The notes beneath the pieces were generated by a model. It was not told the origin of the DNA. It made no database searches and saw nothing but the letters and a program-made list of their open reading frames with translations. Below are positions 27,480 to 35,498 of a stretch of 35,498 nt of DNA, piece after piece. The stretch lies in the IMG/VR virus record IMGVR_UViG_3300032332_000044, positions 1 through 35,498 of that record. The stretch is one strand, 5' to 3'. Source of the stretch: a virus (Duplodnaviria; Caudoviricetes). The position numbers were made by a program, and so were the translations under genes. How positions within the stretch are numbered: the first letter of the stretch is position 1; every line of letters begins with the position of its first letter.

Positions 27480-28436
27480 TCACTTTAATAAAAGTTCAAT
27501 TGCGGAGACCGCGTCTTGTACGCGGCCAGTTTTTGCAAGACGTTGTTTTGCACGCGTTGACTCGCTTGTTGTGGAGACTCGACCCGCTGCACCTGGCTTG
27601 GCTGGTCTTGGGCCATTGTTGGTCACCGGCTTGATGTTGCCCCGCTTGGACATCATCTGCTCGTACAGTGCCGCTTTACGCAACACGTTCACAACGCGGT
27701 GGTCAAAAATGTTCTTCAGTTCATCAGGCTGGAATCCGGCTTTCTGCCCAAATTCGATGAGTAGCGCCTTCTCTGCCTTGGCTTTAGCTGGGTCCTTCCA
27801 CTCGGGTAGGACTTCCATCAATCTTTCCTGCTCTGTGGCAAGAAACGCCTGCATAGACTGCGCCTGTTCCTGGCGGGAGATTTCTGCAAGTCGCTGCTGT
27901 TCGCTCTGAATAGCCGCGTACTTAGTCTGGTTCTCTCGCACTAACTCTTTCTGCCTCACCCACTCGATGGGATCCTCTTGGTAGAGGCGGTCCCAATCGA
28001 TCTGAGGCTCTGCCGCCTGCTGAACTTGCTGCTCCAACTGTCCTAACAACTGCGCGTATTGCGCACGCTCGGCGCGGATGGCCTGGCTCTCTTGCTCGAC
28101 TTGCTTACGCACCTCGGCAATCTGCTGGGTCTTCCGCGTGTAGTCTTGAGTGCGTGAATAACCTTGTTGGAGTTCGTCAAGCGTTACAGAAACTTCCTTA
28201 CCGTCTACTTTGACGGTGAAAGTCTGCGGCTCTTCGCTCTCCTCTGATTCCTCATCTTCCTCTGACTGTTCGGTAGGCGTTTCATCGTCCGATGCGTCTG
28301 CATCACCGGACAATTCCTCATCCACCGCCGCCTCAGTTTCCTGAGATAACGCCTCGTCGGGTAACTTTTCTCCGTCTTCCGGAAGTATCGCCGTGAGTGC
28401 CTGGACTGCTGCGTCCATGTTGAGTGATTCTGTCAT
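27480..28436 (-). CDS. Capsid scaffolding protein
   Basis: Acidic N-terminus, VKVDGKEVSVTLDEL..GY.RTQDYTRKTQ, coiled coil. Confidence 0.85.
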   Translation of the reverse strand: MTESLNMDAAVQALTAILPEDGEKLPDEALSQETEAAVDEELSGDADASDDETPTEQSEEDEESEESEEPQTFTVKVDGKEVSVTLDELQQGYSRTQDYTRKTQQIAEVRKQVEQESQAIRAERAQYAQLLGQLEQQVQQAAEPQIDWDRLYQEDPIEWVRQKELVRENQTKYAAIQSEQQRLAEISRQEQAQSMQAFLATEQERLMEVLPEWKDPAKAKAEKALLIEFGQKAGFQPDELKNIFDHRVVNVLRKAALYEQMMSKRGNIKPVTNNGPRPAKPGAAGRVSTTSESTRAKQRLAKTGRVQDAVSAIELLLK

Positions 28437-28684
28437 TTATTTACCCGTTCCGCAGCGCGTTGCGCCACTTTTGCGTTGTCTATGGTCTTTGTCAGTTCAT
28501 TCTTGAAGTTCTCAATTGCCCTCAATATGGACCAGGCCATCTCGCGTTTTGCGGATTCTTCGGGTTTGCTGCTCTTGAAAATCCAGAGTTGGTCGTTCTC
28601 AATCTTGGTGATTGCCGTATTGAACGTCTCATCCTCTAAGAGTTCCTGTGCCTTGCGGCCAGCGCGAATTATTTGATCTGTCAT
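28433..28684 (-). CDS. Small protein between portal and scaffold
   Basis: 83 aa, ATGA-coupled on both sides. Confidence 0.75.
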   Translation of the reverse strand: MTDQIIRAGRKAQELLEDETFNTAITKIENDQLWIFKSSKPEESAKREMAWSILRAIENFKNELTKTIDNAKVAQRAAERVNK

Positions 28685-30804
28685 GCCATTCCAGGTTGGT
28701 TGATGGTTGCCTCTCGATTCATGCTGGTGACAGCTTGAATCTCAGCGTTGCTAATCTGTGCGTTGTACTTTAACTCAATTTCATATTTCTTTAGTAGTCC
28801 ATCCTGCGCCAACTGATCACGCCGGAAATCATCGTCGCGGATCATCTGCTCGCGCTTGAGTTCCAACTCGGCCGCCTTCTTCTGGATATCGGCCTCAATG
28901 GACTTAGCCTGGACCTCGGCCAGCACTTGCTCTGGAGTTGGTTTCTCAGGTGGAGGCGCTGGTGGCCGGTAGTCGGCGGGGATGTCATTAAAGAACTGGC
29001 TGGAGTCTTTGAATCCGCTGAGTTCCACGATTTTGCGTAAGGTGCTGGCGTACATGGACGGGCTTACCAAAGGATTCTGAGCGCCGAGTTGCGTCAGCGC
29101 CTCCTGCTGCTTGGCGCTAATCATCATCAGAGCCTGGAGGCGCTCGTTTGTGTTTCCGTTGCCCAGTCCGATGTTGATGCTCACGTCCATGTTGGCGTTC
29201 CAGGCGCGTGGATCAATCTCCACAAACTGGTCGCGCAGGCGAATCATGCGGGGCTTGTCCTGGTGCGTCACCATCAGGAACAGGATGCCCTTAAACAGCT
29301 TCTTCATGCCCTCGGCCATCATCCGCGCCGTGAGTTCGATGCGGCCCTGGGACGCGCTGATGGTGGCGGCCACCGCCGCCTTGGTGCTGGACTGCAATGC
29401 GTCGGCGTTCAGTCCCATCGCGGCCTTGCTCATGCCGGTGCGGTCTTCTTTGATCTGGTCAATGTAGTCCAGCATGGGAAACGCTGCCTGCCCGACAAAC
29501 GGGCTGGAGAACGGTTGCACCATGCCAGGCGCGCGCATACGAATGATGGCTCCGGTCTCGTTGTTCAGCACGTCATCCATGTTGACCTGGCCCTCAACCA
29601 CCGCAGTGCGCGGGTGGATGGACTGCGCCAAAGAGTCCAACGTGTTGCGCAGGATCTCGGACTTGATCTCTTGGATGTCGTGCGTGATGTCGAAAATTGA
29701 CATCGCCTCGATGGGGGATGTATGTGGCTCGGGATCGCAGGGGAAGTCCACAAACGGGATGTAACTCGCCGGTAGGTTACGCACCACCTTGTAGCTGGAA
29801 CCCATGCAGCAGATCTTGCGCAACTCGGGGATGCCGTCGCCGTCGTAGTCAATTCGCTCATACGCCTCGATGTACAGGACACGGCGCTGCATTGGGTTGG
29901 CGCTGTCTGTCTGTCCGATGGCCGTTGCCAACGGCTGGCGTGCCAGGTACTCCTCGTTATCGTCTAGGTCGGAGGCTGTTACGTTGTCCAGCACCTCGTC
30001 CTCGTCGTATCCCATCGCCACCAGTTCGGCAACAGTCGCCATCTTGCGGTGCGCGATCAGGCTGCAATCATCAAATGAACGCGCTCGGCGGTCAATTAGC
30101 AACTCCTCGGGCGGCACTGCCATGATCTTGATGCGGCCGTCCTTAGTGACGCGCTTGATCTGTACGTCATGCAGCATGGGAGGCGGTGGGGGAGGCATCA
30201 TCTGACCCGTCATAGGGTCAATCATTGGCTGCATGGGTGGCGCGTCGGGGTCAGGATAAGAGACCACAATCTTGACCTCGGCCTGCTCCTGCATCAGTAT
30301 TTGCAGGGTCTGGTCATCCAGGCCAGAGAAGTCGGTGATCTCCACCTTTTCGGAATCCTCCCACCAGAATTTCGCAATGCCGCACTTCCGGACCAGCGAG
30401 TCCTTGAAGATGGCGTAGGTGGTCATAAAACCATTGTTGTCACGGTTAAAGATGAAGTTCGCGTAGTCGGTGGCCTGCTTGGCATATTCCACGTCTGCCG
30501 GTGTCTCGGGGACGTACTCGACGGTGTTCTCGCTAGAGAAAAACACCCGCATCAGGCTGGGCATCATGGCGCTGACGGTGTCTCGCACCTCCATCGCAAC
30601 CACCTGGGAGCGCCCATCTTCCTCATTCCCGAATGGGTCGCCACGGTAGTAGGCGGTACCCATCGCCCGTATTGGCGATATATCGGAATCGATATAACTG
30701 ACGGCGTCTGTCAGGTCCTGCCCGATGATCGCCTCCAGTTCGGTGTCATCCATCTGCTCTTGGGAGGCCACGTCGGTGGTCACTGGCATATCGTTCATGT
30801 TCAT
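28681..30804 (-). CDS. Portal protein
   Basis: 707 aa; YYRG.P.G.E..GRSQVV, DYDGDGIPE, C-terminal coiled coil; synteny. Confidence 0.88.
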   Translation of the reverse strand: MNMNDMPVTTDVASQEQMDDTELEAIIGQDLTDAVSYIDSDISPIRAMGTAYYRGDPFGNEEDGRSQVVAMEVRDTVSAMMPSLMRVFFSSENTVEYVPETPADVEYAKQATDYANFIFNRDNNGFMTTYAIFKDSLVRKCGIAKFWWEDSEKVEITDFSGLDDQTLQILMQEQAEVKIVVSYPDPDAPPMQPMIDPMTGQMMPPPPPPMLHDVQIKRVTKDGRIKIMAVPPEELLIDRRARSFDDCSLIAHRKMATVAELVAMGYDEDEVLDNVTASDLDDNEEYLARQPLATAIGQTDSANPMQRRVLYIEAYERIDYDGDGIPELRKICCMGSSYKVVRNLPASYIPFVDFPCDPEPHTSPIEAMSIFDITHDIQEIKSEILRNTLDSLAQSIHPRTAVVEGQVNMDDVLNNETGAIIRMRAPGMVQPFSSPFVGQAAFPMLDYIDQIKEDRTGMSKAAMGLNADALQSSTKAAVAATISASQGRIELTARMMAEGMKKLFKGILFLMVTHQDKPRMIRLRDQFVEIDPRAWNANMDVSINIGLGNGNTNERLQALMMISAKQQEALTQLGAQNPLVSPSMYASTLRKIVELSGFKDSSQFFNDIPADYRPPAPPPEKPTPEQVLAEVQAKSIEADIQKKAAELELKREQMIRDDDFRRDQLAQDGLLKKYEIELKYNAQISNAEIQAVTSMNREATINQPGMA

Positions 30805-30819
30805 ACGGGTATCTTTCGT

Positions 30820-31512
30820 TCAATCGTTAAACCATTGTTGAACATATTTTGGCCGATATTTCATAAGCCAGGGCATCGCCTGGTGGGTTAATCCGTTGGC
30901 GTCCACGCCAACAGTCTGGCTCCCGACGTGGTGGACGTAGGACGCGCTCACAAAATTCTTATACCCGAGTGCCTCTAGGTCGGCACATTGCACGTCATCT
31001 GAAAACCAATTTAGGGGTGGAAATGGGCATTTGGCAAAGGCATCTGCACAGATCCAGGCGAATATGGGCGAGATCACGTCAGACTGCCGAATCTTGGACT
31101 CGGACGTGAATCGGCACATATCGATGGCCTCACCCTCTGGATTCCAGCGAATATTCTGCACCGCACGCGCAGAATCGCACCTGGCGGCAACCCATCCAGG
31201 GTTCAGACTCAGGTCGCTGACGATGTCCACGTCATCCATCAGGACGCGGTAGCTGGTGGGCGTAAGGACAATATCGTCATTCGCCACCACGACAGAGTCG
31301 AAATCCTTGAGTGCGCAGTTGATGATGTCGTTGTAGTCCTCGCCAAAGTTGCGGGGTTGGCCGATCATCTTCACGTCGGCGTCGAAACGCTCTAGGACAG
31401 ATGCCGGTCCACGCAAGTACACGGGAATCTCGGGGCAGTATTCGCGGATAGATGCCAGCATCACCGCCAGGTTCTTACCGTGGACGGTGCTGATGGCAAT
31501 GGGCGCTATCAC
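30820..31512 (-). CDS. GT-A/GT2-like glycosyltransferase
   Basis: NFGEDYN, VANDDIV, WFSDD, VHHVGSQT. Confidence 0.7.
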   Translation of the reverse strand: MIAPIAISTVHGKNLAVMLASIREYCPEIPVYLRGPASVLERFDADVKMIGQPRNFGEDYNDIINCALKDFDSVVVANDDIVLTPTSYRVLMDDVDIVSDLSLNPGWVAARCDSARAVQNIRWNPEGEAIDMCRFTSESKIRQSDVISPIFAWICADAFAKCPFPPLNWFSDDVQCADLEALGYKNFVSASYVHHVGSQTVGVDANGLTHQAMPWLMKYRPKYVQQWFND

Positions 31513-31799
31513 TTCGCCTTATTCCTTGCGGAGATGGCCTTCGCCTTGGCCTTGGCGTCTGCCTTGGATGATGCGCCCCAAGCGTTCAGACTCAGCAGCA
31601 GCCTGGTAGGCTTACCGTCCTTCATCTCAGGGCCAGCGTTGCCTGCCATCCGCGCCAGGAATGATGCCCGACGCGGGTTATCGCCTGACTTCACTGGTGG
31701 CTTGATGTCCTGGCCTGCAGCCTTCAAACTAGCGCGGCCCTTGGCATTCAACCCGCCTTTAGGGTTCTGCCCCTCCTTGCGTTGCCAGGCCGCTGTCAC
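31509..31799 (-). CDS. Small basic protein
   Basis: GGLNAKGRAS..RRASFLARM..SLNAW. Confidence 0.75.
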   Translation of the reverse strand: MTAAWQRKEGQNPKGGLNAKGRASLKAAGQDIKPPVKSGDNPRRASFLARMAGNAGPEMKDGKPTRLLLSLNAWGASSKADAKAKAKAISARNKAK

Positions 31800-31951
31800 T
31801 TCTTCACCGGCTTGGCCGTCTTAGCCGCCTTGCGAAAGTCGGCTGCACTAGGCGCTGCCTTTGTGCCAGGCTTGTTCATCTTCTCGCCAGAGCCAGCCGC
31901 GATACGTTTCTGCTTGGCGTTGATGTTTGCGTAGAGTCCAGGTTTCGCCAT
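31796..31951 (-). CDS. Small Lys-rich protein (51 aa)
   Basis: MAKPGLYANINAKQKRIAAGSGEKM...KTAKPVKK. Confidence 0.75.
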   Translation of the reverse strand: MAKPGLYANINAKQKRIAAGSGEKMNKPGTKAAPSAADFRKAAKTAKPVKK

Positions 31952-31958
31952 CTTCATG

Positions 31959-32432
31959 TCATTGCCCCAAGTTAGTGTCTACCGATTCCGTATCGCCGTC
32001 ATTAGGCCCGCCCACCACCCACGCATCGCAAGTCCGACTCGCCGCGCACTTGAAGTCAAAGATCTCGCAGTATCCGAGATCAGCCAGCGCAATCGTTCCC
32101 CAGGGGTCTGCTTCATTTCCAATTCCTTTCGCAATGCACTGCTTAATTGAATCCTGCACGTTGAACGCCGCGCAGTTACCGCAGCGGCTCTTCTTTGCGT
32201 CTTCAATGCTCACGTCCCAGGTATCAGCCTTCTTCTTCCAGTAGGCCGTGTTCGGCAACGCGGGATTCTCAGGACCGTAGGCGGCAGTGGTGATCGCCTT
32301 CGCCCGATTCTTCAAATTCAGCACTACGTCCTGGGTAGGCGCAGGACACTTCGCCACCTCGCTGGCCGGTGTCATCATCTGATTCATCGCAGCCTGGTAC
32401 TTGCCAGGTACGTCGCGGGTTTGCGTTGCCAT
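31959..32432 (-). CDS. Cys-rich hypothetical protein
   Basis: CGNC...GYC..FDFKC....TCDAW. Confidence 0.75.
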   Translation of the reverse strand: MATQTRDVPGKYQAAMNQMMTPASEVAKCPAPTQDVVLNLKNRAKAITTAAYGPENPALPNTAYWKKKADTWDVSIEDAKKSRCGNCAAFNVQDSIKQCIAKGIGNEADPWGTIALADLGYCEIFDFKCAASRTCDAWVVGGPNDGDTESVDTNLGQ

Positions 32433-32599
32433 TACATCTTTCCCTTCATAGGCTTGGACTTGCCAGCCTCAGAGAGCGCAATGGCAATAGCCTGCTTGGG
32501 ATTCTTCACGATGCGTTTGGTCATGCCAGAGTGCAATTTCCCAGACTTGTACTCGCCCATGACTTTCGCAATCTTCTTCGCGGCCTTAGAAATCTTCAT
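32432..32599 (-). CDS. Small Lys-rich protein (55 aa)
   Basis: AAGGAG RBS; KVMGEYKSGKLHSG..KQAIAIALSEAG. Confidence 0.8.
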   Translation of the reverse strand: MKISKAAKKIAKVMGEYKSGKLHSGMTKRIVKNPKQAIAIALSEAGKSKPMKGKM

Positions 32600-32626
32600 A
32601 GATCACTCCTTTGGTTGGATGCGCAA

Positions 32627-34054
32627 TTATGCTACTCGCGGAAGATTTCTGCGCAGTGGCTTATTCCAGGATACTTTAGCACCGCCAAATGCACCGATTA
32701 CTGCATCACTGGCAAACGTCAGGCAAAAGGCGTCGGCACGGTCAGGACTCGGGAATCCGCGTTTCCTGATCTCGTCCTTGCCCTCAATCTGAATCTTTCC
32801 GGAACTGGTGAACGAATACCGGACGATAGCCAACTCCGACACCAGCGCCTCGTCCTTGGGCATCTTGCAGTCTCGCCCCTCCAACCAGGCTTTGGCCTTG
32901 TGCCATAACTCAGCCTTCAGATTCCGGTACGTCGCGCCCATCGCGGGACTCTCCGACACATTGATGCCGCGACAGGGAAGATTCAACTCTTTGAGCCGGT
33001 CAACCACTCCCGCGCCCAGGCCAATCGAATCCACTAGGATCTCCATTGGGCGCTCTGACGGCGGCAGAGCCTCGTATTCGGATACCACCGCTCCGGTCAA
33101 CTGCATCAGGTCCAAATTCTTCCACGTCTTAATCGGCTCGGTCACCGCGTTACCCTTGCGCTTGCAGAGTGCCGACCTGTCACTACCAAACCTGGCAACG
33201 TCCAGACCCCAGACCATTGGCGCTGACGCGCTAGGCTCAACGTCCCGCTGCTGCGCCATCTCCAGCAACTCCATAGGGATGACAGTATCGTCATCTGAGC
33301 GTGGAAACTCGCCCAGCACGCGAATCCGGTAAGCATTGCTCTCCTCACCGTAGCGTGCTGCCATCTCGCCGAGGTACGCCTCCGAGACTCGCGGAGAGTC
33401 GGCGCATGACACCTTCATGGTGATCCAGTCATCCTTCAGCCGGTTGTGGGTGTCGTAGAAGAAACCCGTACTGCGCACAGGGTTACCGAGTAGCAATGTC
33501 ACCGCCTTGTGACCCGACATGGAGCCGGCTGCAGCCTCGAACACCGCCTCTGGGATACCGGATGCCTCGTCTGCCACCAGCATGACGTTGTCGCTGTGGA
33601 CGCCTTGCAGTGCCTCGGGTTGCTCGGCTCGGCTTGTCCTGGCCGAGATGAACGCCTCGTTTGGCGCTTCCTTGACCTCAACCCTGTCCTGCTTGACATC
33701 CAACTGGTCTTGCAGCATGGGCGGTAGCTGCTTAACCCAGCGCTTCAGTTCCGCGAACAGGGCGTCGTAAAGCTGGCTTGACGTTGGCGCTGTAACGACA
33801 ATCTTTACAGGGAACCGCAGGAACAGATACCAGAGCATTGCCCAGGCGCTGGCGGTTGACTTGCCTACGCCGTGGCCGGAGCGTACGCTAATGCGTCGGT
33901 TTCCATCCGCGATGTGATTCAGAAACTCTACTTGCCAAGTATCAGGCTCGGTATTCAGCACCTCCCTGACGAACAGCACAGGGTCGTTGCGGTAGCGCAG
34001 GGCGAACTCGATAAACGGGTTCTCGGGAACTTCCAAATTTTTTTTTGTAGCCAT
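32627..34054 (-). CDS. terL: Terminase large subunit
   Basis: Walker A SGHGVGKS, Walker B VADEAS, GNP, GLDVARFGSD, SPDRADA. Confidence 0.93.
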   Translation of the reverse strand: MATKKNLEVPENPFIEFALRYRNDPVLFVREVLNTEPDTWQVEFLNHIADGNRRISVRSGHGVGKSTASAWAMLWYLFLRFPVKIVVTAPTSSQLYDALFAELKRWVKQLPPMLQDQLDVKQDRVEVKEAPNEAFISARTSRAEQPEALQGVHSDNVMLVADEASGIPEAVFEAAAGSMSGHKAVTLLLGNPVRSTGFFYDTHNRLKDDWITMKVSCADSPRVSEAYLGEMAARYGEESNAYRIRVLGEFPRSDDDTVIPMELLEMAQQRDVEPSASAPMVWGLDVARFGSDRSALCKRKGNAVTEPIKTWKNLDLMQLTGAVVSEYEALPPSERPMEILVDSIGLGAGVVDRLKELNLPCRGINVSESPAMGATYRNLKAELWHKAKAWLEGRDCKMPKDEALVSELAIVRYSFTSSGKIQIEGKDEIRKRGFPSPDRADAFCLTFASDAVIGAFGGAKVSWNKPLRRNLPRVA

Positions 34055-34221
34055 AGTGCGCAATCAGGTGGGGGTAGGGGGTCAGGCAATGTGCGGGTCA
34101 GGGGAAATGTGCGTTCGTAACTCGGTAGGTGTTTAGGTGCTGCCACAACCGCCCCGCCGCCACGGCCACCACGGGGGGGTCGGGCGGCCAGGGCGCGGCC
34201 ACCTGGCGACGGGCTGCAGCC

Positions 34222-34449
34222 TGTGGATAACTCAGCACGCTGCGCGCCCCCTCTGACGCTGGGCTATGGTGCGCGTAAGCCTATGATTCCATTGATGATT
34301 ATGCTGATCGTCAGCACTAATCCCACAATGTGTATTTGATACAGTGTCCATTATGTGAAGTTAGAACGGGTGTTTATGCGTGTTTATGCTTAATCTTTAA
34401 GCAAATGCACTCATTCTGTGGATAACTTTGGCATCTGGTCTGTGGATAA
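34222..34449 (-). promoter_or_regulatory. Three perfect DnaA boxes (TTATCCACA)
   Basis: TGTGGATAA at 34222-34230, 34417-34425 and 34441-34449, each in CTGTGGATAACT context and in the same orientation. Confidence 0.7.
34334..34361 (+). other. dif-like XerC/XerD recombination site
   Basis: ATTTGATACAG-TGTCCA-TTATGTGAAGT (11-6-11); right arm matches XerD consensus TTATGTTAAAT at 9/11. Confidence 0.65.
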
Positions 34450-34857
34450 CTGCTCAACCACTTCGACGTGGCGCAGCGCCTCCATGCGTAAACCCTGGAT
34501 GCTGATGTTGACCTGACTGGCTTTCTCAGTGCCGTACGTCTTCCGATCCCACCTCTCAGCCAGCCACTGGCGCGTCCGGATGCGCTGCACGTCGCGCTGG
34601 CCGTTGTCGACGTCCATGCCGTCCGCTATGGTGAGTGTCTCGCAGGCTAAATGCGAGGCCGCTTCCACCCGCGCGCGTGTAATTATAGTTTCATAGTCGT
34701 TGTCCGATATCCATGTATCGAGCGCACGCCGTCCGATGCCTAGGCCACGGCATATGTCTGCCTTGCTACGTCCTTCCTCAAACATCGACAGGATCAACTC
34801 GTCATCGATGTCCTCCAGCAGTGCGATATCGGCTCTCACTTTCGGATTCCCAGGCAT
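34411..34857 (-). CDS. terS: Terminase small subunit
   Basis: N-terminal HTH; ARV..A..LA....IAD, RIRTRQWLAERWDRKTYG; upstream of terL. Confidence 0.8.
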   Translation of the reverse strand: MPGNPKVRADIALLEDIDDELILSMFEEGRSKADICRGLGIGRRALDTWISDNDYETIITRARVEAASHLACETLTIADGMDVDNGQRDVQRIRTRQWLAERWDRKTYGTEKASQVNISIQGLRMEALRHVEVVEQLSTDQMPKLSTE

Positions 34858-34937
34858 CAGATGACCCTCCAAGCGTTTTTCGTTGTGGCAAGCACCATGC
34901 GTACCACCTCATCCAATAAATCACGTCCTGCGCTCAT
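34857..34937 (-). CDS. Possible 26-aa peptide coupled to terS
   Basis: MSAGRDLLDEVVRMVLATTKNAWRVI*; TGATG overlap with the terS start. Confidence 0.4.
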   Translation of the reverse strand: MSAGRDLLDEVVRMVLATTKNAWRVI

Positions 34938-35498
34938 CTCTTGCCCTTTCTGCTGCCTTTGTGTCGAATAACTTGCCACCCTTAAATGGTTTGCTGATGT
35001 CGATGTCGTTCTCCATGTCCTCGAACCCGCTGCTTCCTTGCGGCGTCACGGGAACCATTGTCGTACCTGGCAGTGCTGCTTTGATCTCGCGAACCTGAGT
35101 CAACGTCGGACCCGTCATCACCACCTCCAGTTCCGCAAGTGTCCAGACTGATCGCGGGTTTGGCTCCTTGCGGAACTGCTCGTACCAGGTAGCCATCTGC
35201 TTGTCCCTCACGATCACCATCAGGCTCCCGTCGGCCATCCGGTGTTCCATGCAATCGATTTTAGGCATCTGCTCAATGCCTGACTCAACCGCCCACCTGG
35301 TGAGCGCCTTGTAGGCCGCGATCATTCCCTTGATGGCTTTCTCTAACCTTTCCTCATCACGCGCCTGGCTTGCCTCCCAAATGCGCTCACGCTGCGCGTT
35401 GACCTTCCTGCGGAACTCGGCATCCACCAAGTCGATCACTCGGTCTATCCCGTAAACACGTTCATGGTCCATCTTCGCTGTTTCCATATCCACCATGA
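34921..35498 (-). CDS. Hypothetical protein (3' part; starts at 193 across the junction)
   Basis: Continuous ORF across the terminal repeat. Confidence 0.8.
   Translation of the reverse strand, partial: MVDMETAKMDHERVYGIDRVIDLVDAEFRRKVNAQRERIWEASQARDEERLEKAIKGMIAAYKALTRWAVESGIEQMPKIDCMEHRMADGSLMVIVRDKQMATWYEQFRKEPNPRSVWTLAELEVVMTGPTLTQVREIKAALPGTTMVPVTPQGSSGFEDMENDIDISKPFKGGKLFDTKAAERARDERRT
35376..35498. repeat. Terminal direct repeat, right copy
   Basis: Identical to 1-123. Confidence 0.95.

Noticed and set aside
34037-34046. A-run near the terL start as a frameshift site
   Set aside because: terL is intact in frame 0 and no useful alternative product is evident

Overview
The window looks like a complete, circularly assembled tailed-phage genome of podovirus type. 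Bases 1-123 are identical to 35376-35498, so the unit length is about 35,375 bp. Most genes are on the minus strand. Packaging and head: TerS, TerL, small basic proteins, portal, scaffold and major capsid protein, with two GT2-like glycosyltransferases embedded. Tail and lysis: adaptor/tail proteins, two fibres, a lysis cassette, a tail-tube/stabilisation protein, three or four ejection-type proteins and a metallophosphoesterase. Replication: Cro-like HTH, RuvC-like resolvase, PD-(D/E)XK nuclease, SSB-like protein, C5 DNA methyltransferase and primase-helicase. A short plus-strand block of small early genes lies at 6495-8471. I recognised no integrase, DNA/RNA polymerase, tRNA or CRISPR array. 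The most notable signals are (1) a 28-bp XerC/XerD dif-like site flanked by three perfect DnaA boxes between terS and terL in an integrase-free phage, (2) an SD-bearing gene nested in another frame inside the methyltransferase, resembling the M.EcoHK31I beta chain, (3) an iteron/hairpin origin candidate next to the primase-helicase, (4) an 89-aa protein that is ~40% Asp/Glu with no basic residues (DNA-mimic candidate), and (5) a lysis-region gene split at an in-phase A_AAA_AAG site. A Burkholderiales/Comamonadaceae-like host is only my inference. All family calls come from motif recognition by eye, not from database searches.
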